Source of the DNA: Lingula anatina
Taxonomy: Eukaryota > Animalia > Brachiopoda
Assembly (NCBI GenBank): GCA_051362555.1
Contig: CM120643.1
Span: forward strand, 1,426,001-1,490,000
Direction: 5' to 3'
Length of the DNA: 64,000 bases
Shown here in pieces: positions 52,624 to 64,000 of the stretch. A program made the translations under genes and the position numbers. Each line of letters starts with the position of its first letter. The first letter of the stretch is position 1. The notes beneath the pieces were generated by a model. That model saw nothing but the letters and a program-made list of their open reading frames with translations, was not told the DNA's origin and did not search any database.

Positions 52624-55600
52624 TTAATTGTTGTGATGTTTCCGCCTCAAATTCCTATTGGCCGTATTCATGGCAGTTGTGCATTTTGACCAAAATCCTG
52701 GTAATCTCGCCTCGTCAGGATAGAATTTTTTAACAGAGCGCTCTATGTACAACATTCTCTCTTTGCACATGGGCTCCTTCACCATATCTGCTCTCCTGCA
52801 CCCCAGTATGTTGCGCGTCGGATCAATCCTCTCCTCAGCTGAGAAAATCGTAGACATCAGTTTTACACAGAAGTTTGTGCAACTGCTTGCTGTTGTTTTC
52901 ATGTTTAATAGTTTTCTGTCTGATAGCTGGTATGTTTGCGGTACTGGTGGTTGAGTGCTAGCATGTTGTTGAAAGGGCGTTAAAGGTTGTAATAGAGTAG
53001 GAAATGGGAGAGGTGTAGCAGGAGTGGCAAAGACGGAGCCTGGGGTACTGTGCACGGGTGACAGGTGCCAGTTTGGAGTCGATGGGGGAGAGTTATGTGA
53101 GTTATGTGCAGGTGAAGGAGAAATTACGTGACTTGAAGACAGTCTGCTTTGAAAAAGGGATCTAGCAACGGGCACACGGGAAGCCGCGCGAGACGTAGAT
53201 GTGGATGAAGAAATAAACCGAGAAACCGGTAGTCTAGTAGAGTTGAATTGTGGAGAGACAGGGAGAGGTGAAAGATGTATGCGAGACCCGCGTGCAGTGC
53301 CAATGTCAGAAATTGGCTGGCAAGAAAATGGGAGACGAGAGCCAAGAGACGAAGGTGGCAAAGACTCAGAATCAGTCGAGGGCAAAGTAGATGGCGGGTT
53401 TAATTGAGAGGAGATTGCTGAGGGGGCGTGTCTGACGGCCCTGGCTGGTGCAGAGGCTGTTGAAGAAGCTGCCGGAGTCCTGGCTACAGAGGCTCTAGAG
53501 GGAACTTCGGGCACAGTCGGGATGTCACTGATCGACTCTGTGTTTACTTGAGAGGAGCTCGAGGTTTCTGAATGGGCGTGCACGAGAGCGACGACCCTGA
53601 CTGTTGCAGAGGCTGCTGAAGAAGCTGCCGGAGTCCTGGCTACAGAGGCTCTAGAGGGAACTTCGGGCACAGTCGGGATGTCACTGATCGACTCTGTGTT
53701 TACTGGTACTTGAGAGGAGGTTTCTGAGGGGGCGTGTCCTAAACCGACGGTCCTGGCTGTTGCAAAGGCTGTTAAAGAAGCTGCCGGCGTCCTAGCTACA
53801 GAGGCTGTAGAGGAAACTTCGGACACCGTCGGGATGTCTCCTGTCGACACTCTTCCCAGCAGATCCTTTAATAGTGTGTTATTCTCCTGCACCATCTCCT
53901 GAATTTTAACTAAAGCCGGACGACATTCGCACCTGATTATCGTAGGTGACTGGGGCTCGGGCTCTGTGGCTCCAGGGCTGCCCGAGGCTAAAACTGTAAT
54001 ACCCTAGATAAGAAAAAATTGTCATTACAAGTATGAAAATATTTTCATTGTATGATACAACAGTGAAGAAAGAGGGCAAAATAACACATATACATGTACA
54101 GTACCAGGATTAATCTTGCCCAAAAACCTTGATCTCCCATTGGCAAAATGGGGAAAATCACATTACTGTAGCCATTTACCATATTGCAACAGCATATAAA
54201 TTAAATATAATCGAGTATTTCAGTTCATTGCGTTAAGACTGCGGATATTTACGTACTTGTTTTTTTTTCTTGGGTTGTGCGGCTGGACGTCGGCTACACT
54301 TCTTTCTTTTTTGTCTAGGCGTTGCTGTGACGGTCTCGGGGCTCGCCTCCGCAGAAGTGCTTGAGTTTTCAAAAACGGTACTGCCTTCCTCGCTCTCACT
54401 TTCCTCACTGTCAACCAGCTCCCTCTCTTTTTGGACCTGGGCTGACTTTGAATCTAAAAAGTGCAAATTTTAAGTGCATTTATTTATGCTGTGGTATGAA
54501 ATTTGAAAGGTGCCCACAATTTCACTTAGATATATTTGTTTTAATTTAATTATTATTTAACTTCAATTCCATCAAACAAAAAGCACCATGAAATGTTATG
54601 AATATATTCATTACTAATATTTAGAGAATGCACATGAGCGTATCCCAGTTAAACCACCTCCACATGCATTATCGATGAAAAATAAGGAGTAGGATGGCTT
54701 ACTAGAGGTGAAGACGACAACTCCGGTGCATTCAGCATTGGGATCTTCCTCTGTGGGCCACGGACAGGTAACTTGGGCCCCAACCATTACTTTCCCCCCG
54801 TCTACCGTCGTTAACTTTGACGTGTCGACACTAACGACTCCACCATCATCGCACTCTACCACTGCATATCTGTCTGCAAATAATAGTATTTGGCAACATA
54901 ACACTCAATCTACAAGTCAATAAAAATAAACAAAAAAATTAAATACGCTGTACATTATCATTATTTCAGGACGTGTTTATAAGCCTTGGTTAATTTATGA
55001 AAATGTCTTTTTTTCTAGTTGAATGATATTAAAAAATGTACTACATGAAGAGCATCGCCACTACAGAGATTAGGAAGTAAACTCTTCATGGCACTAAGAT
55101 GGGTGCAAATGTGTACCCTCTCCAGCACTGTTAAAGGTCTACAAACAAATATACACACATTTGTCAAGACGACAAGATAAATTTCACTACGATGTATCAA
55201 GTGTAATAATTGTTACATATATATTCTAAATGTCGCTTACTTATAATTGCATTAAGAAAAAAAATCAGTATATCAATTAATTTAGTTTAAATAAAATCAT
55301 CTGCAACAGAGGCTAAAAGCTGTGAACCTGGGACTAAGGGACTGCCTAAGCTCAAACATATTGAAGACAAAGACAACTTCCTATCTTTTCTGAGAGAACA
55401 ATAACGGGGGCGAAAGGAGCAATTACAACGTGCAAACGTGCATCAGATAAGAAGCCCTACAATGTAGTTGCGATTTTATCTGCAAGGGTGGTCACAAGCT
55501 GGTCTCATCCTTCAATGCGATGGAGTTTGATACACCACACATGTAAACATACATATTTAAGAAAAAATCGAAAAACATTTGTACAACTGGTCTGTGGGAC

Positions 55601-56868
55601 AGTTATTTACTTGTATTGAAACTTAAAAAGCATCAAAAAAGGGACTCACTTGTACAGTTGATATTTGAAGAATGACGCCGAAATATTTTCCTGTTCCTGC
55701 AGCGTACATTAACTGTACTTGTGTATACATGTAATTACGTACGTATTTATTCTCCTCTCGAAACATATCACGAACAATTCTCTCGACCACTATCATCTTC
55801 ATATGAGGAATGTTGAGGACATTTTGAAAAACAGGCAGTCTCAAAACAACTTTATCACTATTCTAAATATTTAAATACAAATGCATTTATAAGGGCAAAT
55901 ACTGTACATCATTGCTTGCTTATAGCCCGCATTTCTGAAGAAATGCAGTAAGTCACACTTTACAAAGGTTGAAATGGTGTCGCCGACATAAAACAACCAC
56001 ACTTGGCAATCAATGTTATGCTAGAGTTTTGTTAAGTGATGTCAGGCATAGACCTGAAAGGTTAATTTGATCTACATTAGTGCGTTAAACATCGAAACGA
56101 GGTAATATCTGGTCGTGCGTCTCCGTCGATAATTAATATACCGGTATGATAGAAGAAAGAGTCTTGACAATTTCCCTCAAAGTTATCTCTTCATTTTGTC
56201 GAGACGGGAGATATGCATTTGCTATACAGTACTAAGCAACGTTCGTACATAAACGTTTATCTAAACACGTCTGTCAGGACGTCAAGATAGATGTTTCAAG
56301 TATAATTTCATATTTACTCCAAATGTGAACTAATTAAAAGTCCCTAAAGAAAAAGCAGTATATCAATTAATTTATTTTAAGTTAAATCATCTGCAACAGA
56401 AGCTAAAAGCTGTGCACCTCGGACTAAGGGACTGCCTTTATTGAACTAAACTCAAACAACTTCCTTTCTTTTCATACAGAACAATAAAGGAGGTGAAAGT
56501 GGCAATATATTGCAACGTGCATTGTACAGTGTACATCAATTAAGGGGTCCGGTTGCTGTAAAGGGTGTAATTATATATGTGTACTCCAATGAGCTCTTGG
56601 TGCGATTTTATGTACTATTAAAACAACCTTATATTAATGTCACTGGGTCCAGCAACAACAAATTTAATTCACATCTTTCCTATTGATGTTAAATGTAACA
56701 ATCAGGGCTGAAGAGGTGAAATGGTTAAATAAATATGGGGTGGGGGGGGGGGGGGGTATACTTTTTCGAGAGAGCCAGGGCTCAACTTTGGTTGGGAACA
56801 GGAATGCGAAAGACATGATTTCATTTTCATCTGTACTTACCAATCTTTCCTGGCTGTCGAGAAGACAT
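52624..56868 (-). CDS. BEN-domain protein, 4 coding exons, ~591 aa
   Basis: Exons 56868-56841, 54873-54703, 54453-54257, 54003-52624 join in frame. Basic NLS-like RQKRKK/PKKKK, Ser/Pro-rich middle, C-terminal NFCVKLMSTIFSAEER..NILG..WSKCTTAMN. Confidence 0.75.
53420..53835 (-). repeat. Coding tandem repeat (about 3 units) in the BEN gene
   Basis: DIPTVxEVxSxASVARTPAAS repeated three times. Confidence 0.85.
55266..56520. repeat. ~170-bp direct repeat pair in BEN gene intron (55266-55440, 56356-56520)
   Basis: CAGTATATCAATTAATTT..AAATCATCTGCAACAGA..GGACTAAGGGACTGCCT occurs twice. Confidence 0.8.
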
Positions 56869-58680
56869 GATCTTCTTGGTTTTCTCTTGGCTTGATCTTA
56901 CTGGAACTGTTTAGTCTCTAGGAACCCTTCTGTATCAGCACTTATCCCGTGAAACGGAATGTGATTGAAAAGTCCTCCTGTGTGACCATACTTATACCAG
57001 AAAAATGAAGCCATTTTTAGTCAGAGGTAAACGCAATGCTCTATTTAAGTTAACAAGCCGTCCTTTCAAATTCAGGTACTTATAATTAACGCGCCTGGGT
57101 TCCTGAAGCAAATTCCGGGCCGTGAATGCAAAAAATTAAACTTGATGTGTGCAGTGACCAATGTATTAATCTATAATAAGAGGTATAATGGTTTAGACGA
57201 ATGGATAATTAGAAAAAATATGTTGTGATTTAAAATGAATTACTGCTAAATAAAATTTAACTGAACATTTTATAATCCTATTTTGCGTAATATTATCTGT
57301 AAATCGACGTGCAGAAAGATTAATTTTCATCTAACATTACAAAATTCTTGGCCAATCAGTGGATTAGGGGGGACTTAATTATAGTGATGTCATGAATATT
57401 TTTTTTATAAATGGTTATCATTTTATTGTCAATTTGCTATTTGAGTGTCGATGAAAACTGTGTATGTAATTTCGAAGAAATTGCCTGCCCTCCAATTTCC
57501 TCCTATAATAACATTTGCTGAAAATATCAAATTCCGTGGAAACAGAGTTAGTGTCACCTCTTCATACCTCGTGTCAGAACAATGTAGAGAGTGACTAGCT
57601 ACGCGTGCTTTGGCTTAATCGCTGATCATATCTCGCATCAGGACGATCAAAAGGTGTCTTCCGCCTTGCTGGACTTAATTGCTGCCGATAATATCAGTTA
57701 GTAGGGAAATAAAGCTAAAAATTACATTCGTCTGCAGCAACTGAGCCTAAAAGCAAGATTGCAAAGTGAAGGTTATTCAAATAAAATTTAAACGAAATTA
57801 GGCTTTTCTAGAAGAAACTTTTTTTGAATTCATTCTTAAATATTATTCAGTTTAAATGATTTAATTACTACACTAAGTCTAACAGTGCAGTACAGTAAAT
57901 GTTTGACTGCCTGTGAAATTACAGATTGCGATTTTATTGTATGCACTTCGCACTGCTTCAGCAGGATTTCTGCACTCAAAGTCAAGGGATAAACAAGAAA
58001 TATCATTAAATACAGTGCACATTAACAACCTACCAATCAATTGTATATACTCTAAACAGCAGTGGACAGAAAAGATTGCATCTTTTGCTATGATAACGCT
58101 GTTCATCAAACTTGAAATTTAAACGAATTTCAACCAAACACATAATTAAAACTCTTTACAGCAGGTGATTAATGCACGTATTTTTTATTTCATTTTTGTC
58201 ATTTTGTAATAATCAACACATTTGACTTATGAAATCAAAATTATTTAAGTATTTCAGAACGCTTAATGAGTGTACATGTAAAGGCACACGCTCACAGGTA
58301 GCGCGTGTCGATGTGGCAGTTGACAAACCTAAATCAAGCTGTCTAATTAATCTAGCCCTTCATCATCAATTTGTAAAAATAAACACCTTTAATTATGACT
58401 CTCCCCGGTCCAAAATCGGGCTTTGGCACCTGAATAGGGTGTTGTTTGTGACATGGCAAGGCACGCTGAGATCAATTAGATAAGCAACAGTAAAACGGGT
58501 GGTTTGCGAACTCAATTCAGCACTTGATTGCAATCAAGGTGTTTAAATGCCAAAAGGTTGACATTTTGAGTATAATTATTTTCTCTAATCTTGGCAGTTG
58601 TGTTTACCTGTCATTGTGTCACATTTGCATAAAATACTGTATAAAAAGTGGGAATTTTCATAAACCCTTCACTATCAAAA

Positions 58681-60596
58681 ATGCCTGGGTATAGCGATTA
58701 TATTAGAACAAGGATTGTGCTTCTAAAAGAAGCTGGCCACGGGGTCAGCAGTATTGCTAAGGTCCTTCTGACAGAAGACAACATTACAGTAACCAGAAGG
58801 GGAATATATAAACATTTGAAAAGATGGGGGGAGGGATTTGGCCTCGCAGATCGTCCAAAAGCGGGGAGGCCTGCGAAGTTTACGGAGATCCACAAAAATG
58901 TTATTGATGAAGAGATGACCCAAAACAAGGAACTGGTGGCAAAAGATTTACGGGAAATCTTAAAAGAACGAACAGGTAGGTTTTACTATTTCTTCAAACA
59001 CGGATCAACACGCGATAATCTACATGTGTACTACTTGTGATGTCCCATGCTCTTAATTTCATTTTAACGCTAAATATTCAAATCTTCATATATTCCAGAT
59101 ATTTATCAAACATTCCCATAAACGATGACAACATTTTTTTGCGTCTCGTTGAGTACGTCGTCGTGTCGTGTAGTTATTTGTAATTTTTTCATTTTTATTT
59201 AGGTCTCGAAGTCAGTTTGGCATCAGTGAAGAGAATGCGCAGGAAGTTGGGATGGATCCGAAGTAGGAAGGGGTATTGTCAACTTGTGAAACTCGTGAAC
59301 AGACCAAAGAGGGTGCAATGGTGTAAAGAGGCATTGGTTGTAGAAGACAAATTTGAAGATGTGATATGGACTGGTACGGCTTTACCAATCATAGATTTTA
59401 CTTATTCGACCTGTCATTTGTCTCATTTAACAGGTTAATATTTATAAAGATATTTTGAAAAACTATTGGATTTTCTTCTAATACGTGCAAAACTTACTTT
59501 CAAGGCAAAAACAATCAGCTGTTTGAATATGAAGACATTTTTCCTTGCATTTGAAATACATAACAGCTGTAGAGCGTTAGTTGCAAAAGTGCACACATCT
59601 CAAATTCAAACATATTCCAGTATCCAGTAATTTATTTAATTATTGTTTCCCTTTAAGACGAATGCACAGTACAAATGGACAGCCACGGCCGTTTTGTATT
59701 CCGGAAAGTCGTCTACGACAGCGAAGGCAACGATATAAGTGAACCACCCCCACTGCGAGCGAAAGTTAAGCACCCTTACAAAGTGCATGTATGGGCCGGT
59801 GAGTAGCAAAATTAATGTATATTACATCTTATTATGTATTGTAACATATAAACACAGTTTTAATTAAAATGTAGAATTTGTCGCTATATTTCCCTTAGTG
59901 TCTATTTTAGATCCATCTAAAGAAACGCAAACATCAATATTTTCATGGCCTTTGATTATTTAAATAGATTCCTCCAAATAAGGTGACAAGCAGTTTTTTA
60001 CGTCTCCCGAAATAGGTGTCACGAATCACAGACACCACCATAAGCACTAGCATAATTACTCCATATTTTTCTTTTTCAGTTATATCAAAAAACGGCGCCG
60101 TAAAGTACGCTATATTTAGCGGTATAATAACTTCTAATGTATGAATTTTTATTTTACTTCAGGTATATCTAAAAGGGGTGCAACGAAAATAGCCATATTC
60201 AGCGGCCTCATGAATTCGGACTCGTACATCCAGATACTTAACGATTACCTCATCCCCTTCATTAAGACGTCGATGCCGAATCATCATAGATTCCAACAGG
60301 ACAATGCCCCCCAGCACACAAGCAGGAAAACTAAAGGATTTCTTAAGGAAAATGCAATAAACTGGTTTCAAACTCCCCCCGAGAGTCCAGACTTAAATCC
60401 CATAGAAAACATCTGGTCTACGATGAAACACCACTTAAGAAAATACACTAAGCCAAAAACAAAAGATGAACTTATAAGTGGGATGCAGGAATTCTGGAAG
60501 ACGGTCACAACTGAGGAATGTATAAAGTACATAAACCATATAAACAAAGTTATTCCGGAGGTGTTGAAAAGGGAAGGCCGTGCATCCGGATATTAG
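58681..60596 (+). CDS. Intron-containing Tc1/mariner DD34E transposase, 4 exons, 346 aa, apparently intact
   Basis: Exons 58681-58975, 59203-59373, 59658-59798, 60163-60596 join in frame. HTH region with GRP, VIWTDE, KHPYKVHVWAGIS, FQQDNAPQH-(34)-SPDLNPIE. Confidence 0.9.
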
Positions 60597-61310
60597 ATTA
60601 ATGATTATCAGGAAAATGCACTTTTTCAATTAAATGACTGTTCGTAAGAGCCATTTTATTATTTTGCCATTTTTAATTTTTTTTAATAAAATTGTTGTAG
60701 TTTACTGTATGGACGTTCCGTGTTAATTGTGAATAAACCGACTATTCATTGTCTGCAATAATTTGTTTCATTATATATACTTGTAGGTCACATTCCACTT
60801 TATAGAAAAAGACAATCACCGCATAATTCTGCCATATCCATTCTTCACTTTTTCAATTTGCTTGAGCATGTTATCGTGACGCTTCACCTAAGTAAGCCAA
60901 AATTAAAATGTAAGGGCAACATCGGTAAATTAATTATATTTCATTCAAGTACAAAATTCTATTTTTGAAAATGTCTACGAAGTTTGGAATGCGGTGAATA
61001 AACAGAAATATCGTCAGTGCTTGAACCATGGTTAAACCCAACATTTAGTCTTCCATGTCTTAACAAAGGGCACGTGCCGTTCTACACCAGAACAATGCTT
61101 GGAACTAGCGGGGCGTATGATTGCACAGGCTGCTTGACGGGACACGATGTAGACAGCGGGGAGTCCGAGATGGTTACGATTGATAACTTAACAGCTTAAA
61201 CTGTCGCTATTTGCCCTGTTATTATCCACGCGGGGGTTATCAGGAGTCACGGTCGCACTGACCGTGACCTACTGTGAACGGTCTTATTGGCCTAGCTGTA
61301 AGTTTACATA

Positions 61311-61374
61311 AGGCCACACTTTTTTAATTTTATGGATGACATCCTGCGCGCGCACGGATTTTCGCCCGTTCTCC

Positions 61375-61405
<31 letters not shown>

Positions 61406-62186
61406 CCCCCAGCCCCCAACGAAGTCGGTTGTCGCAAACGTCGTTATTGAATTTGCAAGGAAATGAGCTTTCTGCGCATGCGTATTTTCGCCACGTGGAA
61501 TTGCGGCCACTTTGCTGTCAAATTCATCTCTAGGATTCCTTTCAAATTACACAACAATAAAAGTCATAAAGAGAACGGGCGCCATCGTTTTGGATTGGTA
61601 TGCCATTGATATTGGCCATGGAGATATCATCTTTTTACAATTGTGCGAAAGGCTGGCGGCGGCCGAAACATTTCTGTGACATTCTGTACAAAGCAGCACA
61701 TAAATACCAGGTTTTCTGTAGTGAAAAAAGGGTCGACAAGGGCGTCGTGGTATTTGGTGGGCTGAAGGTCGGACAGGCCACCTGACAGTTTAGCTGCTTC
61801 GTGTGAGTTGAAGTTGACAAAATGGCATCGTCCGAAATGACCTTTAATAGATTTGGTAGTATTAAGCATATCTTTGCATCATTTTTTAAACATTTCTGTG
61901 AAGTGTTCAAAATGCTTTAATATTCTGAGAATACAAATAAAGACACAATGTTTGATTGATATTTGTTTTATTGATTGCTATACCAAATGAATGCATGAAA
62001 TAACCTTAAATAGATTTGGTAATATGAAGTATATCAATTCATGACTCTTTTTTACATTTCTACGAAGCCTATTCACAATGCTTTAATATTTTGAGAGCAT
62101 GGATAAAGACATATTGTTAGTTTGATACGTGTTTCTGTGGTTAAATTTGTGTTTCCAGCTGTGTACTGACAACATTCCTTTACTTA
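61311..62186. mobile_element. Second, right-truncated copy of the 22419-23386 TIR element
   Basis: Colinear high identity for ~880 bp; similarity stops at TTAA. Confidence 0.85.
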
Positions 62187-64000
62187 AAGGACAATGTTCA
62201 TGTAAAAATCCATTTCTCGAATTTTGAAGATTCAGCACTCAATCTATACACTAGAGGTATGTTTTAATCGATCCCCGCCATTTAAAAATTATAAAAACAA
62301 TCTATTAGTAGAAAAAAAGCGTTTTAGTAAACCTCACCTCAATATGCATAAATGAAGCAACAGATCTGGGTCACGTGGTACTGTGACGACAATCACGATA
62401 AAGGTCTATGAGACTCAACTGAGCTGCATGGTGCAAACAGACAGAATGATTTTGGAAAGTTATGTTGAACGGAGTTGAACAATTTTCTTTATGCCTCAGT
62501 GTGTTGGCGTGGGATTCACCAAAATTGCAGCACTCCTTGACTATCTTTCTTTACCTGTGACGGTCTTCCGTGACTAACTTACTAACTTCGGTGACAATAG
62601 TTGCGATCCTCGCGATCTCGGTCACCTCAGGTGTTTTAGATCGTATCAAAAGCTGATAGCCTTTTAGATACTGTCATCGGTTGGCAAGCTTACTAATTGC
62701 TGATGCATTTTAAAATTCATTGTAGTTGACCAAGAGCTCGTTAACAATAAAACCTGTTAATTATGCACCGCTGCCATTCCCAAGCCAGGTAATAACAGGT
62801 ATGAAACTCGTCTTAGTGGGCTTTCATATTTTTCAATATATCTCATTTATTTCATGGGGTTATTTTATTGGTATTTGTAAATAACGTTAAATATCAATAG
62901 CCTACTTAAACAATTAAGTTCAAACACGGTCGCGAACATTAATAAAAGAAATTGCTCTCAGGGTATCTTGAAACTTCCGTGGAAGAAAACGTGTTGAGGA
63001 AAAACAGGAAAAAGAGCGTTATATTAAAGAAAAAATGGGAACTGCTGTAATAAAATGGTTCGTTATCCTAATTCGTTTATGCATTGAGGATTTGTTTCTG
63101 AATATTATTTCATCTGAAATATTAAATAATTTAAAAGGTTGATCATTTTATAACTTGAAACGCAAATTCTGCGTCAGTACGCAATTTTTTTTTTTTTTTT
63201 TTTTTTTTGCAAATTTGTAAGCTTAGAACACCGTGCTATAAAGATCTACTCAAGAAAAAATTTGCTTGGGTAAAATTGAGTACGGAATGAACTGGAGACA
63301 CTTGGCTTGTCATTAAGTTTACACGAAACTAAGATCTAATAAACGGATATTAGGTCTTAGCACGAAAATATGTCAGGTAACTTTATACTGTTTTTGAAAG
63401 AGTAAAGATTGAAATATAATTTTAGACAAACTTTGACGGAGGAAATACCTACAAAGAGTAATGGGCTATTTCGCCAACATCTTGTTGAAAATTTTACAGT
63501 AACACTACAATTCTATTTAAATAAGCTAAGGAACTAATTGCCAAATTTATACTCTCATCACATAACAGGGGGTAACTAGACCTGCAAAAATTGTACGCAC
63601 ATATTTTAAAAAATTACAAGCACATACAGCAAAATGTGGACTTACGCAAAACATGAAGGACAGCGTAATCACGGCAAATGTACATGTACCTCATATAGTA
63701 GCTTAATTTCCATTAATAATAAAATCATCATTTAAGTCAAAAATATTCTCGCGATTTAATAACTGTTCTAATTTACCCAGAACGGTTTATTTATTTTAAA
63801 GGCGGTAAACTGAAATATAGTTTTATGATTTGTTTGTGAAAATTGCCCATGTCACCCTGTTAGTTTGGAGGTCTAAGCTGGATCAAGTCCGTGTTAAAAT
63901 TCCTATGAAGTTGTGCAGGAAAAATTCTTCCTTTCTTTCTCTAGCTCCTCGATAAACCTGGTGTTCAGATTTTATGTAGTACCCCCAGGTCTACGGGAGC

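Noticed and set aside
62184-62300. TTAA-AGGACAATG as a Kolobok-like element start
   Set aside because: Complementary end not located.

Overview
AT-rich, intron-containing animal genomic DNA. The repeat and gene families suggest a marine invertebrate, probably lophotrochozoan (inference). The left ~37 kb is a tandemly duplicated, innate-immunity-like cluster. Splicing GT-AG exons by hand on the minus strand gives two genes that start with near-identical 580-nt DZIP3-type HEPN exons retaining RxxxxH. Gene A (14498->2755, 15 coding exons, ~1206 aa) is HEPN - Roc GTPase - COR - complete caspase (p20+p10), with no LRR or death-fold domain. Gene B (36241->26647, 2 coding exons, ~1068 aa) is HEPN - NB-ARC/STAND - 9 TPRs, and is followed by a decayed copy of the caspase exons. 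A beta-propeller gene lies tail-to-tail with gene A and was partly co-duplicated. The right ~27 kb is mostly nested mobile DNA (Ginger, LINEs, Gypsy, Tc1, MITEs). It also holds an apparently intact intron-containing DD34E transposase arranged head-to-head with a spliced BEN-domain gene. All gene models are manual and unvalidated.
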